A stretch of DNA of 64,000 nt from an uncultured Pelagibacteraceae bacterium (GCA_902569725.1 CACFVG010000003.1:3525-67524), one strand, 5' to 3'. Numbered from the stretch's first letter, positions 1 through 10,664 are shown. Numbers and translations are program-made. The notes: generated from the sequence alone by a model not told the origin.

Positions 1-469
1 CTCTTTCAATTCTAAATGCGAGTATAGCTTCTTTAATTTTTCTATTAATACTTACTTCATTAGTTAAAAGAAAGTTTTTAGCTACTTGTTGTGTTATTGT
101 TGAAGCTCCTTCTAATCTTTTTGAATAAATAATATTTGAAATATTTTTAATTGTAGCTCTCAAAATACCTTTGGCATCAACTCCTGGGTGATTAAAAAAA
201 TTTTTATCCTCAGCTGATAAAAATGAATTTATAACAATTTTTGGTATAGAATCGTAAGGAACAAATATTCTTTTTTCTGAAGAAAAATCGCTAACTAAAT
301 CACCTCCTCCTGAATACAACTTACTTGATACTGAAGGTTTATACATTTTTAAAAATTTATAATCTGGCAATTTATTTGAATAAACCCAAAGTATTCCTAT
401 AATCAGAGCAAAAAAAATTAGTGCTCCTGACGTTAAAAATACAAGAATTTTTTTAAATAACTTACTCAT
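1..469 (-). CDS. mrcA: Penicillin-binding protein 1A, N-terminal transglycosylase part (runs off window start)
   Basis: Manual translation from ATG at 469: MSKLFKKILVF(TM)...SAEDKNFFNHPGVD...GASTITQQVAKN...RKIKEAILA, the GT51 motifs. Not in the supplied ORF track because it is truncated. Confidence 0.92.
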   Translation of the reverse strand, partial: MSKLFKKILVFLTSGALIFFALIIGILWVYSNKLPDYKFLKMYKPSVSSKLYSGGGDLVSDFSSEKRIFVPYDSIPKIVINSFLSAEDKNFFNHPGVDAKGILRATIKNISNIIYSKRLEGASTITQQVAKNFLLTNEVSINRKIKEAILAFRIER

Positions 470-552
470 TTTTGTATAATTTAGTTTATGAATTTGTTAA
501 ACTTAAGGCACAGAATTTATAAAAAACTAATGAAAAATAATATTAAAAATCT

Positions 553-2337
553 ATGTCAAAAAATTTGTATATTGATGCATCGCATCCAAATGAAACTAGA
601 GTTGTACTTAAATCTGATGATAACATTGAAGATTACGAGTATGAAAGTATAAACAATAGTTTAATCAAAAATAATATTTATCTTGGAAAAGTAAGTAGGA
701 TAGAACCATCGCTACAGGCTGCTTTTGTTGAATTTGGTAGAGAAAGACATGGTTTTCTATCTTTTAACGATATTCAATCTGATTATTATCAAATTCCGCA
801 AAGTGACCTGGAAAAAATTAAAAAAGAAGAAGAAAAAGTAAGAGAAGAATTAATTAAGGAAGATGAAAAAACTGAACAAAGTATTATAGATGAAAATAAA
901 AATACAGAAGAAAATAATAATGGGATAGAAACAAGCCAGGATCCTCTTGAAAAAACTCCACTAGAAAATAAGTTAGAACAAAGCAAAAAAGAAAAAAGAT
1001 ATCCAACAAAAAGATATAAGATTCAAGAAGTTATTAAACCTAATCAAGTAATTTTAATTCAAGTATTAAAAGATGAGAGAGGTCTAAAAGGTGCTGCATT
1101 AACTACATTTATTTCTATTGCGGGAAAATATATTGTTTTAATGCCCAACACTCCAAAAGGGGGTGGAATTTCAAGAAAAATTTTTAACCCAGCAGATAGA
1201 AAAAAAATTAGAAAAATTTTAAATGAAATTCAAATTCCAAAAGGAATGGGTCTAATTGTAAGAACTGCAGGATCTAATAAAACAAAAAATGAAATTGAAA
1301 ATGATTTGAATAATTTAATTAATATTTGGAATTCAATAAAAGAAAAGGCCATTAATTCTATTGCACCAAATATAATTCATCAAGAAAGCGATATCATAAA
1401 ACGATCAATTAGAGATATGTACGATGAAGAAACTTTAAGTGTAATTGTTGAAGGTAATGAAGGATATCAAAAAGCAAAAAATTATATGAAGCTAGTAATG
1501 CCAAATAATGTTAAAAAAATAAAAAAATATAGAGATAAAGTTCCTCTATTTTTTAAAGAAAAAATTGAATCTAAGCTTTATCAAATTTTTGAGTCTGAAG
1601 TTAAACTAAAATCAGGAGGTTATCTTGTAATTAATCCAACTGAAGCTTTGGTATCTATTGATGTTAATTCAGGAAAATCTATTAAACAGAAAAATGTTGA
1701 AAGTACAGCGCTAGACACAAATCTAGAAGCTGGAGAAGAAATAGCTAGACAAATTAAATTAAGAGATTTGTCCGGTTTAATCATAATAGATTTTATAGAT
1801 ATGCTGAGTTATTCAAATAAAAGGCTGGTAGAGAGAAAACTTAAAGACAAGTGTAGAGCTGATAGAGCCAGAATTCAAATAGGAAGAATAAGTAATTTTG
1901 GCCTTCTAGAAATGTCAAGACAAAGATTGAGGGAAAGTAATATTAAATGGAATCTAAAATTATCTAACGAAACTTTTGCTCTAAAGGTAATTAAGTTGGT
2001 TGAATTAAAAACACTAGAAACCAATGCAAAAATAGTAAAAATAAAATTGAATGATAAAATAAGCAATTTTATCAAAGAAAGTTACTATGATGATTTCAAT
2101 TATTTTAAAATAAAAAATAAAATTGAAATTAATTTGCTTGAAAAAAATTCTCTAGGTTTAGATGATTATGAAATTGAATTTTTATCTAAAACAAACAAAA
2201 TAATAGAAAAAATAGAAAAAATTTCAAATTTAAAAAAATTAAAAATTTTTAAACCTGAGGCAAAAAATTATAATATTAATAAAAAGAAATTTAAAAAAAA
2301 AAAGTTTTATAAAAAAAAAGCTATAAAAAAAAACTAG
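553..2337 (+). CDS. rne: Ribonuclease E/G family endoribonuclease (short RNase E)
   Basis: [20 protein letters not shown]1 domain with acidic insert, [24 protein letters not shown]. Confidence 0.95.
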   Translation: MSKNLYIDASHPNETRVVLKSDDNIEDYEYESINNSLIKNNIYLGKVSRIEPSLQAAFVEFGRERHGFLSFNDIQSDYYQIPQSDLEKIKKEEEKVREELIKEDEKTEQSIIDENKNTEENNNGIETSQDPLEKTPLENKLEQSKKEKRYPTKRYKIQEVIKPNQVILIQVLKDERGLKGAALTTFISIAGKYIVLMPNTPKGGGISRKIFNPADRKKIRKILNEIQIPKGMGLIVRTAGSNKTKNEIENDLNNLINIWNSIKEKAINSIAPNIIHQESDIIKRSIRDMYDEETLSVIVEGNEGYQKAKNYMKLVMPNNVKKIKKYRDKVPLFFKEKIESKLYQIFESEVKLKSGGYLVINPTEALVSIDVNSGKSIKQKNVESTALDTNLEAGEEIARQIKLRDLSGLIIIDFIDMLSYSNKRLVERKLKDKCRADRARIQIGRISNFGLLEMSRQRLRESNIKWNLKLSNETFALKVIKLVELKTLETNAKIVKIKLNDKISNFIKESYYDDFNYFKIKNKIEINLLEKNSLGLDDYEIEFLSKTNKIIEKIEKISNLKKLKIFKPEAKNYNINKKKFKKKKFYKKKAIKKN

Positions 2338-3110
2338 ATTAAACCTTTTTTTGGAGATGAGGCGTTACCATAAACATTTTTTTTTATTCTTCCTGATAAA
2401 TAAGATTTTCTACCAGCAATAACTGCATATTTCATTGCTTCAGCCATTTGATAAGGATTTGTTGCTTTTGCTATAGCTGTATTTATCAGAACACCATCGC
2501 AACCCATTTCCATTGCTATTGATGCATCCGAAGCAGTTCCTATTCCGGCATCAATTATCACAGGAAGCTTCGTTTGTTTTCTAATAATTTGTATATTTAA
2601 TTTATTTTGTATTCCTAGACCGGAACCAATTGGAGCAGCCAATGGCATTATAGCTGTAGCTCCAGCATTTTCTAATCTTTTTGCCATTAAAGGATCGTCG
2701 TTACAATAAACCATAACTTCAAAACCTTCTTTAGTTAAAACTTCTGTTGATTTTAGAGTTTCAATCATATCAGGAAGTAAATTTTTCCTATCTCCCAAAA
2801 CTTCCAATTTAACTAACTTCCAGCCTCCTATTTCTCTAGCCAGTCTAAGAGTTCTTAAAGCTTCACTTGAATTAAAGCAACCTGCGGTATTTGGTAAATA
2901 TGTAATTTTTTTTGGATTTATATAATCCATTAAAAGAGGTTTGTTTTTATCAACAATATTTACTCTTCTCACTGCTACAGTCACTATTTCTGCACCAGAT
3001 ACTTTTATTGCTTTTGCACATTCAGACATACTTTTATATTTTCCTGTACCCACAATAAGTCTTGAGTTAAATTTTTTTTTAGCAATCTTAAATAAATCTT
3101 TTTTTCTCAT
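2334..3110 (-). CDS. thiG: Thiazole synthase
   Basis: [34 protein letters not shown]; ATG at 3110 overlaps the thiS stop (TGATG). Confidence 0.97.
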   Translation of the reverse strand: MRKKDLFKIAKKKFNSRLIVGTGKYKSMSECAKAIKVSGAEIVTVAVRRVNIVDKNKPLLMDYINPKKITYLPNTAGCFNSSEALRTLRLAREIGGWKLVKLEVLGDRKNLLPDMIETLKSTEVLTKEGFEVMVYCNDDPLMAKRLENAGATAIMPLAAPIGSGLGIQNKLNIQIIRKQTKLPVIIDAGIGTASDASIAMEMGCDGVLINTAIAKATNPYQMAEAMKYAVIAGRKSYLSGRIKKNVYGNASSPKKGLI

Positions 3111-3328
3111 CAACCTCCTCCTATAAAATGAACTATTTCAATATTATCATTATTATTTACTTTAATTTTTTTAATTTTTTTTTTATCCAAAATTTTTTTA
3201 TTTAATTCAATAGCTACTTTATTTAAAGGTATTTTGAGTTTTTTAACTAATCCATCAATTGACTGATTGCTATTAAGTATAATTTTTTTTCCATTTACCT
3301 TGATTTTTATTTTATTTTTAAAATTCAT
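3110..3328 (-). CDS. thiS: Sulfur carrier protein ThiS
   Basis: 72 aa, VAIELN, ends [10 protein letters not shown]; directly upstream of thiG. Confidence 0.95.
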   Translation of the reverse strand: MNFKNKIKIKVNGKKIILNSNQSIDGLVKKLKIPLNKVAIELNKKILDKKKIKKIKVNNNDNIEIVHFIGGG

Positions 3329-3344
3329 GTATTATAAGTTTATT

Positions 3345-3791
3345 GTGAATAATATAATAATTATTAATGGTCCAAATCTTAATCTATTAGGTGAAAGAGA
3401 ACAATCCCAATATGGAAAAATTACGTTTAATAATTTAAAAAATTCTTGTTTAGAGCATTCAAAAAAAGTAGGAATAAAAGTAGATTTTTACCAATCAAAT
3501 TTGGAAGGAGAGATAGTAACTAAAATACAAAATGCTAGAAAAGAGTTTGATGGCATAATTATCAATGCAGCTGGATATACTCATACGTCTGTATCTATCC
3601 GTGATGCACTAGATATATTTAAAAAACCAATTATAGAATTACATATTTCAAATATATACAAAAGAGAAGAATTTAGACAAAAATCACTTATAAGTAATGT
3701 TGTAAGTGGAATTATTTGTGGTCTTGGATCAAATGGTTATATTTTGGCCATAAATGCAATACATGAATTGCTTAAGAATGGAAATAGATAA
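3345..3791 (+). CDS. aroQ: Type II 3-dehydroquinate dehydratase
   Basis: NGPNLNLLG.RE...YG, THTSVSIRDA, IELHISN; start is probably GTG 3345 (alternative ATG 3327) rather than the TTG at 3267. Confidence 0.95.
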   Translation: MNNIIIINGPNLNLLGEREQSQYGKITFNNLKNSCLEHSKKVGIKVDFYQSNLEGEIVTKIQNARKEFDGIIINAAGYTHTSVSIRDALDIFKKPIIELHISNIYKREEFRQKSLISNVVSGIICGLGSNGYILAINAIHELLKNGNR

Positions 3792-4137
3792 AAAAATTGT
3801 ACTTAAACTTGTTCAAGTATTAGAAGATTTAAAAAAATCATTAAAAGATGTTAAAATTGAAACCAATGATACTGTAATAGAAGATGAAATAGATTTATCA
3901 GACAAAATAATTGTAAAAAGTCCAATAGTTGGGACTGCTTATCTGGCTGCAGAGCCAGGGGGTAAAAAATTTGTTGAGATAGGAAAAAAAATTAAAAAAG
4001 GTGACACTATTATGATTATAGAGGCTATGAAAACAATGAACCATGTCCCCTCAACATCAGATGGTGTAGTTAAAGAAATTTGCGTTGATGACGGTCAACC
4101 AGTCGAGTTTGACCAAAAAATTATAATTCTTGAGTAA
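3778..4137 (+). CDS. accB: Biotin carboxyl carrier protein of acetyl-CoA carboxylase (short N-terminus)
   Basis: KSPIVGT, EAMKTMN biotinylation motif; aroQ-accB-accC order; ATG at 3778. Confidence 0.93.
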   Translation: MEIDKKIVLKLVQVLEDLKKSLKDVKIETNDTVIEDEIDLSDKIIVKSPIVGTAYLAAEPGGKKFVEIGKKIKKGDTIMIIEAMKTMNHVPSTSDGVVKEICVDDGQPVEFDQKIIILE

Positions 4138-5474
4138 TGTTTAAAAAAATATTAATTGCCAATCGAGGTGAGATTGCTGTTAGAATTATTAGAGCTTGTA
4201 AAGAATGGGGAATTGCAACAGTAGCCATTCATTCCGATGTTGATAGAGATAGTATGCATGTAAGATTGGCAGATGAAAGTGTGTGTGTTGGCACTCATCA
4301 GCCTTTAAACAGTTATTTAAATATCCCAGCAATAATGTCTGCAATAGAATTAACAAATGCAGAAGCTGTTCATCCTGGTTATGGATTTTTATCTGAAAAT
4401 CCAGAATTTGCAAAAATTTTAGAAGATTACAAAATTAAATTTATTGGTCCTTCTTCAAAATTAATTCAAATGATGGGTGACAAAATACAGGCAAAAAAAA
4501 TAGCTAAAGAATATGGTCTTCCCGTTATTGAAGGTTCTGATGGAGGTGTAAAAGATAAAAAACAAGCTAAAGAAATTTGTAAAAAAATTGGTTTTCCTGT
4601 TTTGATAAAAGCTTCTGCTGGTGGAGGAGGAAAAGGGATGAAAATAGTTCACAAAGAATCTGAGTTTGATAATTTGTTTTCTACAGCAAAATCAGAAGCT
4701 CAAAAATATTTTGGTAATGATGAAGTTTACATTGAAAAATTCTTCCAAAATCCAAGACATATAGAAGTTCAAGTCCTATCTGGCAAAAATAGAACTGTTC
4801 ATTTACACGAAAGAGATTGTTCTGTTCAAAGACGCCATCAAAAATTAATAGAAGAAACACCTAGTCCAATTCTGAATGATGAAATTAGAAAAGATCTATT
4901 TGAGAAAACAGTGAATATGGTAAGTAAAATTGGATATGAGGGCGCAGGAACTGTAGAGTTTATTTATGAAGATGGAAAATTTTATTTTCTTGAAATGAAT
5001 ACAAGAGTTCAAGTTGAACATCCAGTAACAGAAATGATTACTGGAATAGATATAATAAAAGAACAAATATATATTGCTTTTTCAGGAGAAACAGCGCTAA
5101 AACAAACCGACATTAATCCAAGAGGACATGCAATTGAATGTAGAATTAATGCAGAAGACGCTAGTAAAAATTTTCAGCCTTCGCCTGGTACCATAGGGAT
5201 GTGTCATCAGCCTTCTGGCTTTAGAACTAGAGTTGATGGCTCAATATTTCAAGGATATAAAGTAACACCTTATTATGATAGTATGGTTTGCAAACTAATT
5301 TGCCACGGAAGAAATAGAACAGAAGCTATTCAAAGAATGAAAAGATCTTTGGATGAATTTGTAATTGAAGGCATTACAACAACAATAGATTTACATAAAA
5401 AACTGTTAGATCATCCAAAATTCATTAAGTCTGAATTTAATGTTTCTTGGTTGGACAAAGAAAAAATTATTTAG
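4137..5474 (+). CDS. accC: Biotin carboxylase
   Basis: ILIANRGEIA, HPGYGFLSEN, GGGGKGM, EMNTRVQVEH. Confidence 0.97.
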   Translation: MFKKILIANRGEIAVRIIRACKEWGIATVAIHSDVDRDSMHVRLADESVCVGTHQPLNSYLNIPAIMSAIELTNAEAVHPGYGFLSENPEFAKILEDYKIKFIGPSSKLIQMMGDKIQAKKIAKEYGLPVIEGSDGGVKDKKQAKEICKKIGFPVLIKASAGGGGKGMKIVHKESEFDNLFSTAKSEAQKYFGNDEVYIEKFFQNPRHIEVQVLSGKNRTVHLHERDCSVQRRHQKLIEETPSPILNDEIRKDLFEKTVNMVSKIGYEGAGTVEFIYEDGKFYFLEMNTRVQVEHPVTEMITGIDIIKEQIYIAFSGETALKQTDINPRGHAIECRINAEDASKNFQPSPGTIGMCHQPSGFRTRVDGSIFQGYKVTPYYDSMVCKLICHGRNRTEAIQRMKRSLDEFVIEGITTTIDLHKKLLDHPKFIKSEFNVSWLDKEKII

Positions 5475-5869
5475 TAACACTGAATTAACCATATATCATA
5501 AACTGGGTGGTCAAACAAACTTATGGAAGGACTTGACGAAAAGGTCCACCCATTAAAAACAAAAACTTTATCATTATTTTTTAATGTAATATCTTGAACT
5601 TGCATATAAGCTGTGGTTTCAGGATTGTCATCAAATTCTGAATTTTTACATTTTAAAATTTTAATAATTAAATTTTCAAATTTAGTTTCCTGGTCAATAT
5701 TTAATGATAATTGGCTTGTTTTTGAGCTAACTTTATCTAAAATTTTTATCTCTACAAAATTTAATTCATTTGCAAAGGATTTTGAATTAAATATTAATAA
5801 TAAAAAAATTAGATAAAAATATTTTTTTACCCTAGTTTTTCCAAGTTTTGTATTTTTTTTTAATTGCAT
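5471..5869 (-). CDS. DUF2155 domain exported protein
   Basis: LDKVS, VFNGWTFSSSPSISLFDHPVYDIWL..C; signal-like hydrophobic stretch; start uncertain (ATG 5869 chosen). Confidence 0.8.
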   Translation of the reverse strand: MQLKKNTKLGKTRVKKYFYLIFLLLIFNSKSFANELNFVEIKILDKVSSKTSQLSLNIDQETKFENLIIKILKCKNSEFDDNPETTAYMQVQDITLKNNDKVFVFNGWTFSSSPSISLFDHPVYDIWLIQCY

Positions 5870-6191
5870 CTGTATTGCCTTTGGGGCTATACGCTTCATT
5901 TGAACCTGTTTGGTTTGGTTTATGTGGTTTTTGCCACTTAAATTTTTCTAATTCATGTGAATTTTCAATTTTGTTAGGCGTAAAATGCATCCAAGAATAC
6001 CATTCATTTGGAATTTTAGATGCATCGACTTCTCCATTATAAATTACAAATCTTTTACCTTTTTTTGTTTCATAATATTTATTTCCTAAATCATCTTTTC
6101 CAGCAAATTTTCCAAATAAAAATATTGTTATTCTTGTTCCAAGAGTTTGATGATTCCACCAAGTAAAAATTTCTTTAATTATTGTCAACAT
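5832..6191 (-). CDS. NADH:ubiquinone oxidoreductase accessory subunit, NDUFA12 (17.2 kDa) family
   Basis: FTWW..QTLGT, G.D..GNKYY, RFVIYNG..DASKIP.EW..WMH, W.KPH.PN.TG. Confidence 0.92.
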   Translation of the reverse strand: MLTIIKEIFTWWNHQTLGTRITIFLFGKFAGKDDLGNKYYETKKGKRFVIYNGEVDASKIPNEWYSWMHFTPNKIENSHELEKFKWQKPHKPNQTGSNEAYSPKGNTDAIKKKYKTWKN

Positions 6192-6305
6192 AAATTTTAT
6201 AAAAATTATTCAATTCAAAATTGTAAAAAATAAATTAGACTAAAATAATAATTTGTATATAAAATATTTTGGTAAAGACTCAAAAAAAAATTATTTAAGG
6301 GAAAT

Positions 6306-7139
6306 ATGGCAAAATATCTGGTTGAAACTTACTACAATTGCACATTTAAAGTCAGTCACTATTTAGATGAAATTAATACTAATGAATTAAAAAATTTAGA
6401 AAAAAGAGATGATGGAAAATTTGAAATTATTGACATTAAATTGGATAACAGAAAAACGAAGAATCTTGAAAAAATTGGCAAAGTTGTAGAAAATGGTAAA
6501 CAGAATGATATTACATTAGATGTACAATCAAATATTAAAGAAGCTTCCATTAAAAACACGATTCCACTAAAAAATAAAATTGTGGATCAAAGCAATACGA
6601 GATTTGGTATGCCCGATAGAAGAAAAGGTTATATTCAAAAAGCAACCATTGGTAATCATAAAGTTTATCTTCACACTGGTGAATATGAAGATGGAAAAAT
6701 AGGTGAAATTTTTATTGATACAAGCAAAGAAGGAGAATTGGTAAAAGCCTTAATGAATAATTTTGCTATAGCTATATCATTAGGTCTTCAATATGGAGTA
6801 CCCCTTGATGAATATGTTAGTGCTTATGTAGGAACTAAGTTTGAGCCTTCTGGTAAAGTTCATGGTAACGACAGAATATTAAGCGCTACATCCATACTTG
6901 ATTATATATTTAGAGAATTAGCAATATCATACTTGAATAGGGAAGACCTTGCCCATACTCCTTCTATTGGAAATACAGAAAAACAAATAGAAGAAAAATC
7001 TGAAGATATAAATGAACATCAAAATCAATTATTAAAAATTGTTAAAGATATATCAAGTAAAGGTTTTTTAAGAAGTAATTATAAAAAGAAACTGGTTGAT
7101 CTATCAGATATAAGAATTAATCTAAAAGGTAAAAAATAA
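6306..7139 (+). CDS. Stand-alone C-terminal (TSCPD-type) domain of class II ribonucleotide reductase
   Basis: [58 protein letters not shown]; divergent from NDUFA12 where nrdJ usually lies; no catalytic barrel. Confidence 0.8.
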   Translation: MAKYLVETYYNCTFKVSHYLDEINTNELKNLEKRDDGKFEIIDIKLDNRKTKNLEKIGKVVENGKQNDITLDVQSNIKEASIKNTIPLKNKIVDQSNTRFGMPDRRKGYIQKATIGNHKVYLHTGEYEDGKIGEIFIDTSKEGELVKALMNNFAIAISLGLQYGVPLDEYVSAYVGTKFEPSGKVHGNDRILSATSILDYIFRELAISYLNREDLAHTPSIGNTEKQIEEKSEDINEHQNQLLKIVKDISSKGFLRSNYKKKLVDLSDIRINLKGKK

Positions 7140-8924
7140 TTATTTATTTTTTTTCAAAGATAAATTTAATTCTTTTAGCTGCTCATCGCTAACTTTTGAT
7201 GGGGCATTCATCATTAAATCCTGTGCATTTTGATTCATTGGAAACATTGTTACCTCTCTTATATTCTTCTCTCCAGCAAGTAACATAATTATTCTATCAA
7301 TTCCTGGGGCAATTCCTCCATGTGGAGGAGCTCCGTAACTCAGGGCATTTATCATTCCACTAAATTTTTCGTCTACAAGTTTTTTATCATATCCTGCAAT
7401 TGAAAATAGTTTGTACATTAATTCAGGAATATGATTTCTGATAGCCCCTGAAGATAATTCAATTCCATTACAAACTATATCGTACTGATAAGCTTTAATT
7501 TCTAATGGTTTTGATAAATCCAATTTTTTTATATCTCCTTGGGGCATTGAAAATGGATTATGGCTGAAGATAATTTTTTTATTTTTTTCATCTTCTTCAA
7601 ACATTGGATAGTCTACAATCCAACAAAAGGCGAATGTATTGTGATCAATTAAATTCAATTCATTTGCAATTTTTTCTCTTGCTAAGGAAAGTATATTTTC
7701 TACTTCATTTTTTTTACCGCATGCCAAAAAAACACTGTCACCCACTTCTGCATTTGATATTTTCATAATTTCTTCAATTGAATCAGAACTAAAAAATTTA
7801 CCCACCGGTCCTCTTCCTTTTATTTTGTCTTCTTTTTCAATAGTAAAGTATGCCAATCCTGAAGCTCCTTGATTTTTTGCCCATTTATCAACACCATCAA
7901 AAAAACTTCTTGGTTTATCTTTGGTGTTTTTAGTAATTATTCCTCTTACAATAGATCCTTTGCTTACTAATTTTTTAAAAATTTCAAAGGTTACATCGTC
8001 TCTTTTAAAAATATCTGTAAATTCATTTATAAGTATAGGATTTCTTAAATCAGGCTTATCTGTACCATATTTAATCATAGCATCTGAATATGATATTTTT
8101 GGAAATTTATTATAGAGCATTTTATTATTTGAAAATTTTTTGAAAACATTCGTCATTAATTTCTCTACAACTTCAAAAATATCTTCTTGTTCTACAAAAG
8201 ACATTTCTAGATCAAGCTGATAGAATTCTCCTGGACTTCTATCTGATCTCGCATCTTCATCTCTAAAACATGGCGCTATTTGAAAGTATTTGTCAAAACC
8301 AGAAACCATTATTAACTGCTTAAATTGTTGTGGTGCTTGGGGTAATGCATAAAATTTTCCTGGATTCAATCTACTTGGAACCAAAAAATCTCTAGCACCT
8401 TCTGGACTAGATGATGTTAAAATTGGTGTTTGAAATTCTAAAAAGCCAAGTTTTTCCATCTCTGATCTAATAAAAGAAATAACTTTAGATCTTAAAATTA
8501 TATTTTGATGTATTTTTTTTCTTCTTAAATCCAAAAATCTATATTTTAATCTAATTTCTTCGGCATATTCCTGATCTGAAAAAACTGGCATTGGTAGTTC
8601 TTTTGTTGTTCCTAAAATCTCATAAGAAATTATTGATATTTCTATTTCCCCAGTATTTAATTCCTTGTTTAGGGTATCTTTTGTTCTTTCTAAAACTTTA
8701 CCATCTAATTTTATAACTGTCTCGAGTGGTAATCTTTCTATCTCTTTAAAATTTTTATGAGTATTTTCAATTACGCATTGGGTTATTCCATAATTATCCC
8801 TTAAATCTAAAAATAATAAATTTCCATGATCTCTTTTTTTATTAATCCATCCACTTAAAGATATTTTTTTATTTTTATCCTTAATTTTTAATTCACTACA
8901 ATTATGAGTTCTGTATTTATTCAC
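7140..8924 (-). CDS. aspS: Aspartate--tRNA ligase (probably non-discriminating)
   Basis: YRTHNC, RDHG, PEGARDF, ALPQAPQQFKQ, CFRDED, GAPPHGGIAPGIDR; GTG start. Confidence 0.97.
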   Translation of the reverse strand: MNKYRTHNCSELKIKDKNKKISLSGWINKKRDHGNLLFLDLRDNYGITQCVIENTHKNFKEIERLPLETVIKLDGKVLERTKDTLNKELNTGEIEISIISYEILGTTKELPMPVFSDQEYAEEIRLKYRFLDLRRKKIHQNIILRSKVISFIRSEMEKLGFLEFQTPILTSSSPEGARDFLVPSRLNPGKFYALPQAPQQFKQLIMVSGFDKYFQIAPCFRDEDARSDRSPGEFYQLDLEMSFVEQEDIFEVVEKLMTNVFKKFSNNKMLYNKFPKISYSDAMIKYGTDKPDLRNPILINEFTDIFKRDDVTFEIFKKLVSKGSIVRGIITKNTKDKPRSFFDGVDKWAKNQGASGLAYFTIEKEDKIKGRGPVGKFFSSDSIEEIMKISNAEVGDSVFLACGKKNEVENILSLAREKIANELNLIDHNTFAFCWIVDYPMFEEDEKNKKIIFSHNPFSMPQGDIKKLDLSKPLEIKAYQYDIVCNGIELSSGAIRNHIPELMYKLFSIAGYDKKLVDEKFSGMINALSYGAPPHGGIAPGIDRIIMLLAGEKNIREVTMFPMNQNAQDLMMNAPSKVSDEQLKELNLSLKKNK

Positions 8925-8932
8925 AATTTTTC

Positions 8933-9589
8933 CTATAAAATTTGTTTAATTATTTTTAAATCTATTGCTTTCTTTTTTTTTAAACTCAACTCATCAACTT
9001 TATATATAAAATCAGCTATTTTACCATATGATCTGTCTATCCTTTTAATTATGAAATCAATAAGTTTTTTATCAATTAAAATTTGTCTATCAGAAAAACT
9101 TTTTAATATGATTGCAAACATCAGTTCATCATCTGGGTTGTCGATTTTTGCAAAAAGACAGTTTTTTGATCTTGATTTTAAGTCTTTTAAAGTAAAATTA
9201 ATTTCATTTATTGGATGTGTTGAATTAATTATTAGATATTTATTACTCTGATCAACTAAATTAAATATTGAATACATAAGTTTTTCATCACATATATTGT
9301 AAAAATCATCAATTATAATATTTTCATAAAGCTTAAATTTTTTGTAAGTTTCTTGATTAATCTCTTTTTCATTTATTTTAAATCCTTTATTTTTGTTTAA
9401 AAAAATGTTTGATAAATGAGTTTTGCCGCTAAATTTTTCTCCATGTATATTAAGAATATTTTTTTCCCATTTTGGCCATTTTTCAATTAATTGAAAAGCA
9501 TAATAATTACTTTTGCTTACATAAAAATCATTATAATTAAAATTTTGATTGTTTTTAAAGTTAAGCAGCAACTGATTTAAATTTTTCAC
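8933..9589 (-). CDS. hda: DnaA regulatory inactivator Hda/HdaA (AAA+)
   Basis: QLLLNF clamp-binding motif, G..FSGKTHL, DLKSR, IDRS; usual position next to purM. Confidence 0.82.
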   Translation of the reverse strand: MKNLNQLLLNFKNNQNFNYNDFYVSKSNYYAFQLIEKWPKWEKNILNIHGEKFSGKTHLSNIFLNKNKGFKINEKEINQETYKKFKLYENIIIDDFYNICDEKLMYSIFNLVDQSNKYLIINSTHPINEINFTLKDLKSRSKNCLFAKIDNPDDELMFAIILKSFSDRQILIDKKLIDFIIKRIDRSYGKIADFIYKVDELSLKKKKAIDLKIIKQIL

Positions 9590-10662
9590 TCAATTCTCCA
9601 AATTGATTCATTGGTATTTAATTTAATATTTCCATTTGAAAATTCATTTATAAATTTATCTGGAGTGCTATTGTATACAATCTTGTAAATTAATTTATTA
9701 CTATTAATGGTGTCAATATAAAAACTAGATACTAAATCAAGTTTATAAAGTTTTGTTTCTAATTTTTTTATTAATTTATAATTTTTTGCATTTACAGAAA
9801 GAGTTATTGGTAATTTAATTGAAACATTAATTATGTTTATTTTTTTCCATTGATTTTCAAATTCTAATTTTAAATTATTTATTATATTTTCTACTGATTG
9901 ATTTTCGTTCCATTCAAATTTTTTATTAGAAATAATTATTTCATTACTCAAATTAGATTTCATTAAAGCATTAAAACTATTATTTTTCTGAAATAAAATT
10001 AGTATTATATAATTATTAATTTCATATTTAGATACAATTTCATTAAAATTATATTCTTCAATATTGTTAATATTTTTTTTAATAAGATTAATATCTTCTA
10101 TGTCTTCATTTGGTAAAATGTAATTTAATAGATAATGTTTTTTTTTAGATTTATTCCAATTAGAATAAAATGGATTTTCTGAAAATAATAAAATTTGCTT
10201 ACTTTCATTATTAATTAGTATTGGTATCAATAGTAAAGTTTTTTCTTTAGGAATTGATGGGTAAATATTTTTTTTTTCTAAGTATTTAAATAATTCTTTT
10301 TTACTAAATTCTACTTCAAATTTTGAAACATATTTATTATCAATAAATTTTTCGTCTACAATTGAAAAAGATTCAACTAAGTTGTAAATAGTTTTTAAAC
10401 TTGTTAATTTATTTACTTCTTCTCCATTTATAGTTGTGATTCTTAAAATTAATTCTTCAAAGGCTTTTTTAAAAGCTATATCAATAACTTTTTCCTTGTT
10501 AAAATCATTGTCATAAATTTTTGATATTTCTAAATCTAACACCTTATAGGTATTTGCATTTACACTTGCTGTGGAAAACTTGATAAAAAATATTATGAAA
10601 AATAAAAACAATATATAAAACGAAATATTGAAATTGTATTTTTTTTTAAAACTGTAGAACAT
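9586..10662 (-). CDS. Exported hypothetical protein, DUF2066-like
   Basis: N-terminal hydrophobic segment, AFKKAFEEL..RI, LLIPIL, NPFY..W; sits between purM and hda; start uncertain. Confidence 0.6.
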   Translation of the reverse strand: MFYSFKKKYNFNISFYILFLFFIIFFIKFSTASVNANTYKVLDLEISKIYDNDFNKEKVIDIAFKKAFEELILRITTINGEEVNKLTSLKTIYNLVESFSIVDEKFIDNKYVSKFEVEFSKKELFKYLEKKNIYPSIPKEKTLLLIPILINNESKQILLFSENPFYSNWNKSKKKHYLLNYILPNEDIEDINLIKKNINNIEEYNFNEIVSKYEINNYIILILFQKNNSFNALMKSNLSNEIIISNKKFEWNENQSVENIINNLKLEFENQWKKINIINVSIKLPITLSVNAKNYKLIKKLETKLYKLDLVSSFYIDTINSNKLIYKIVYNSTPDKFINEFSNGNIKLNTNESIWRIE

Positions 10663-10664
10663 AG

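Noticed and set aside
6255-6275. Possible NrdR box upstream of the NrdJ-fragment gene
   Set aside because: Only a half match around AAAATATTTTG, no tandem second box; indistinguishable from AT-rich background.
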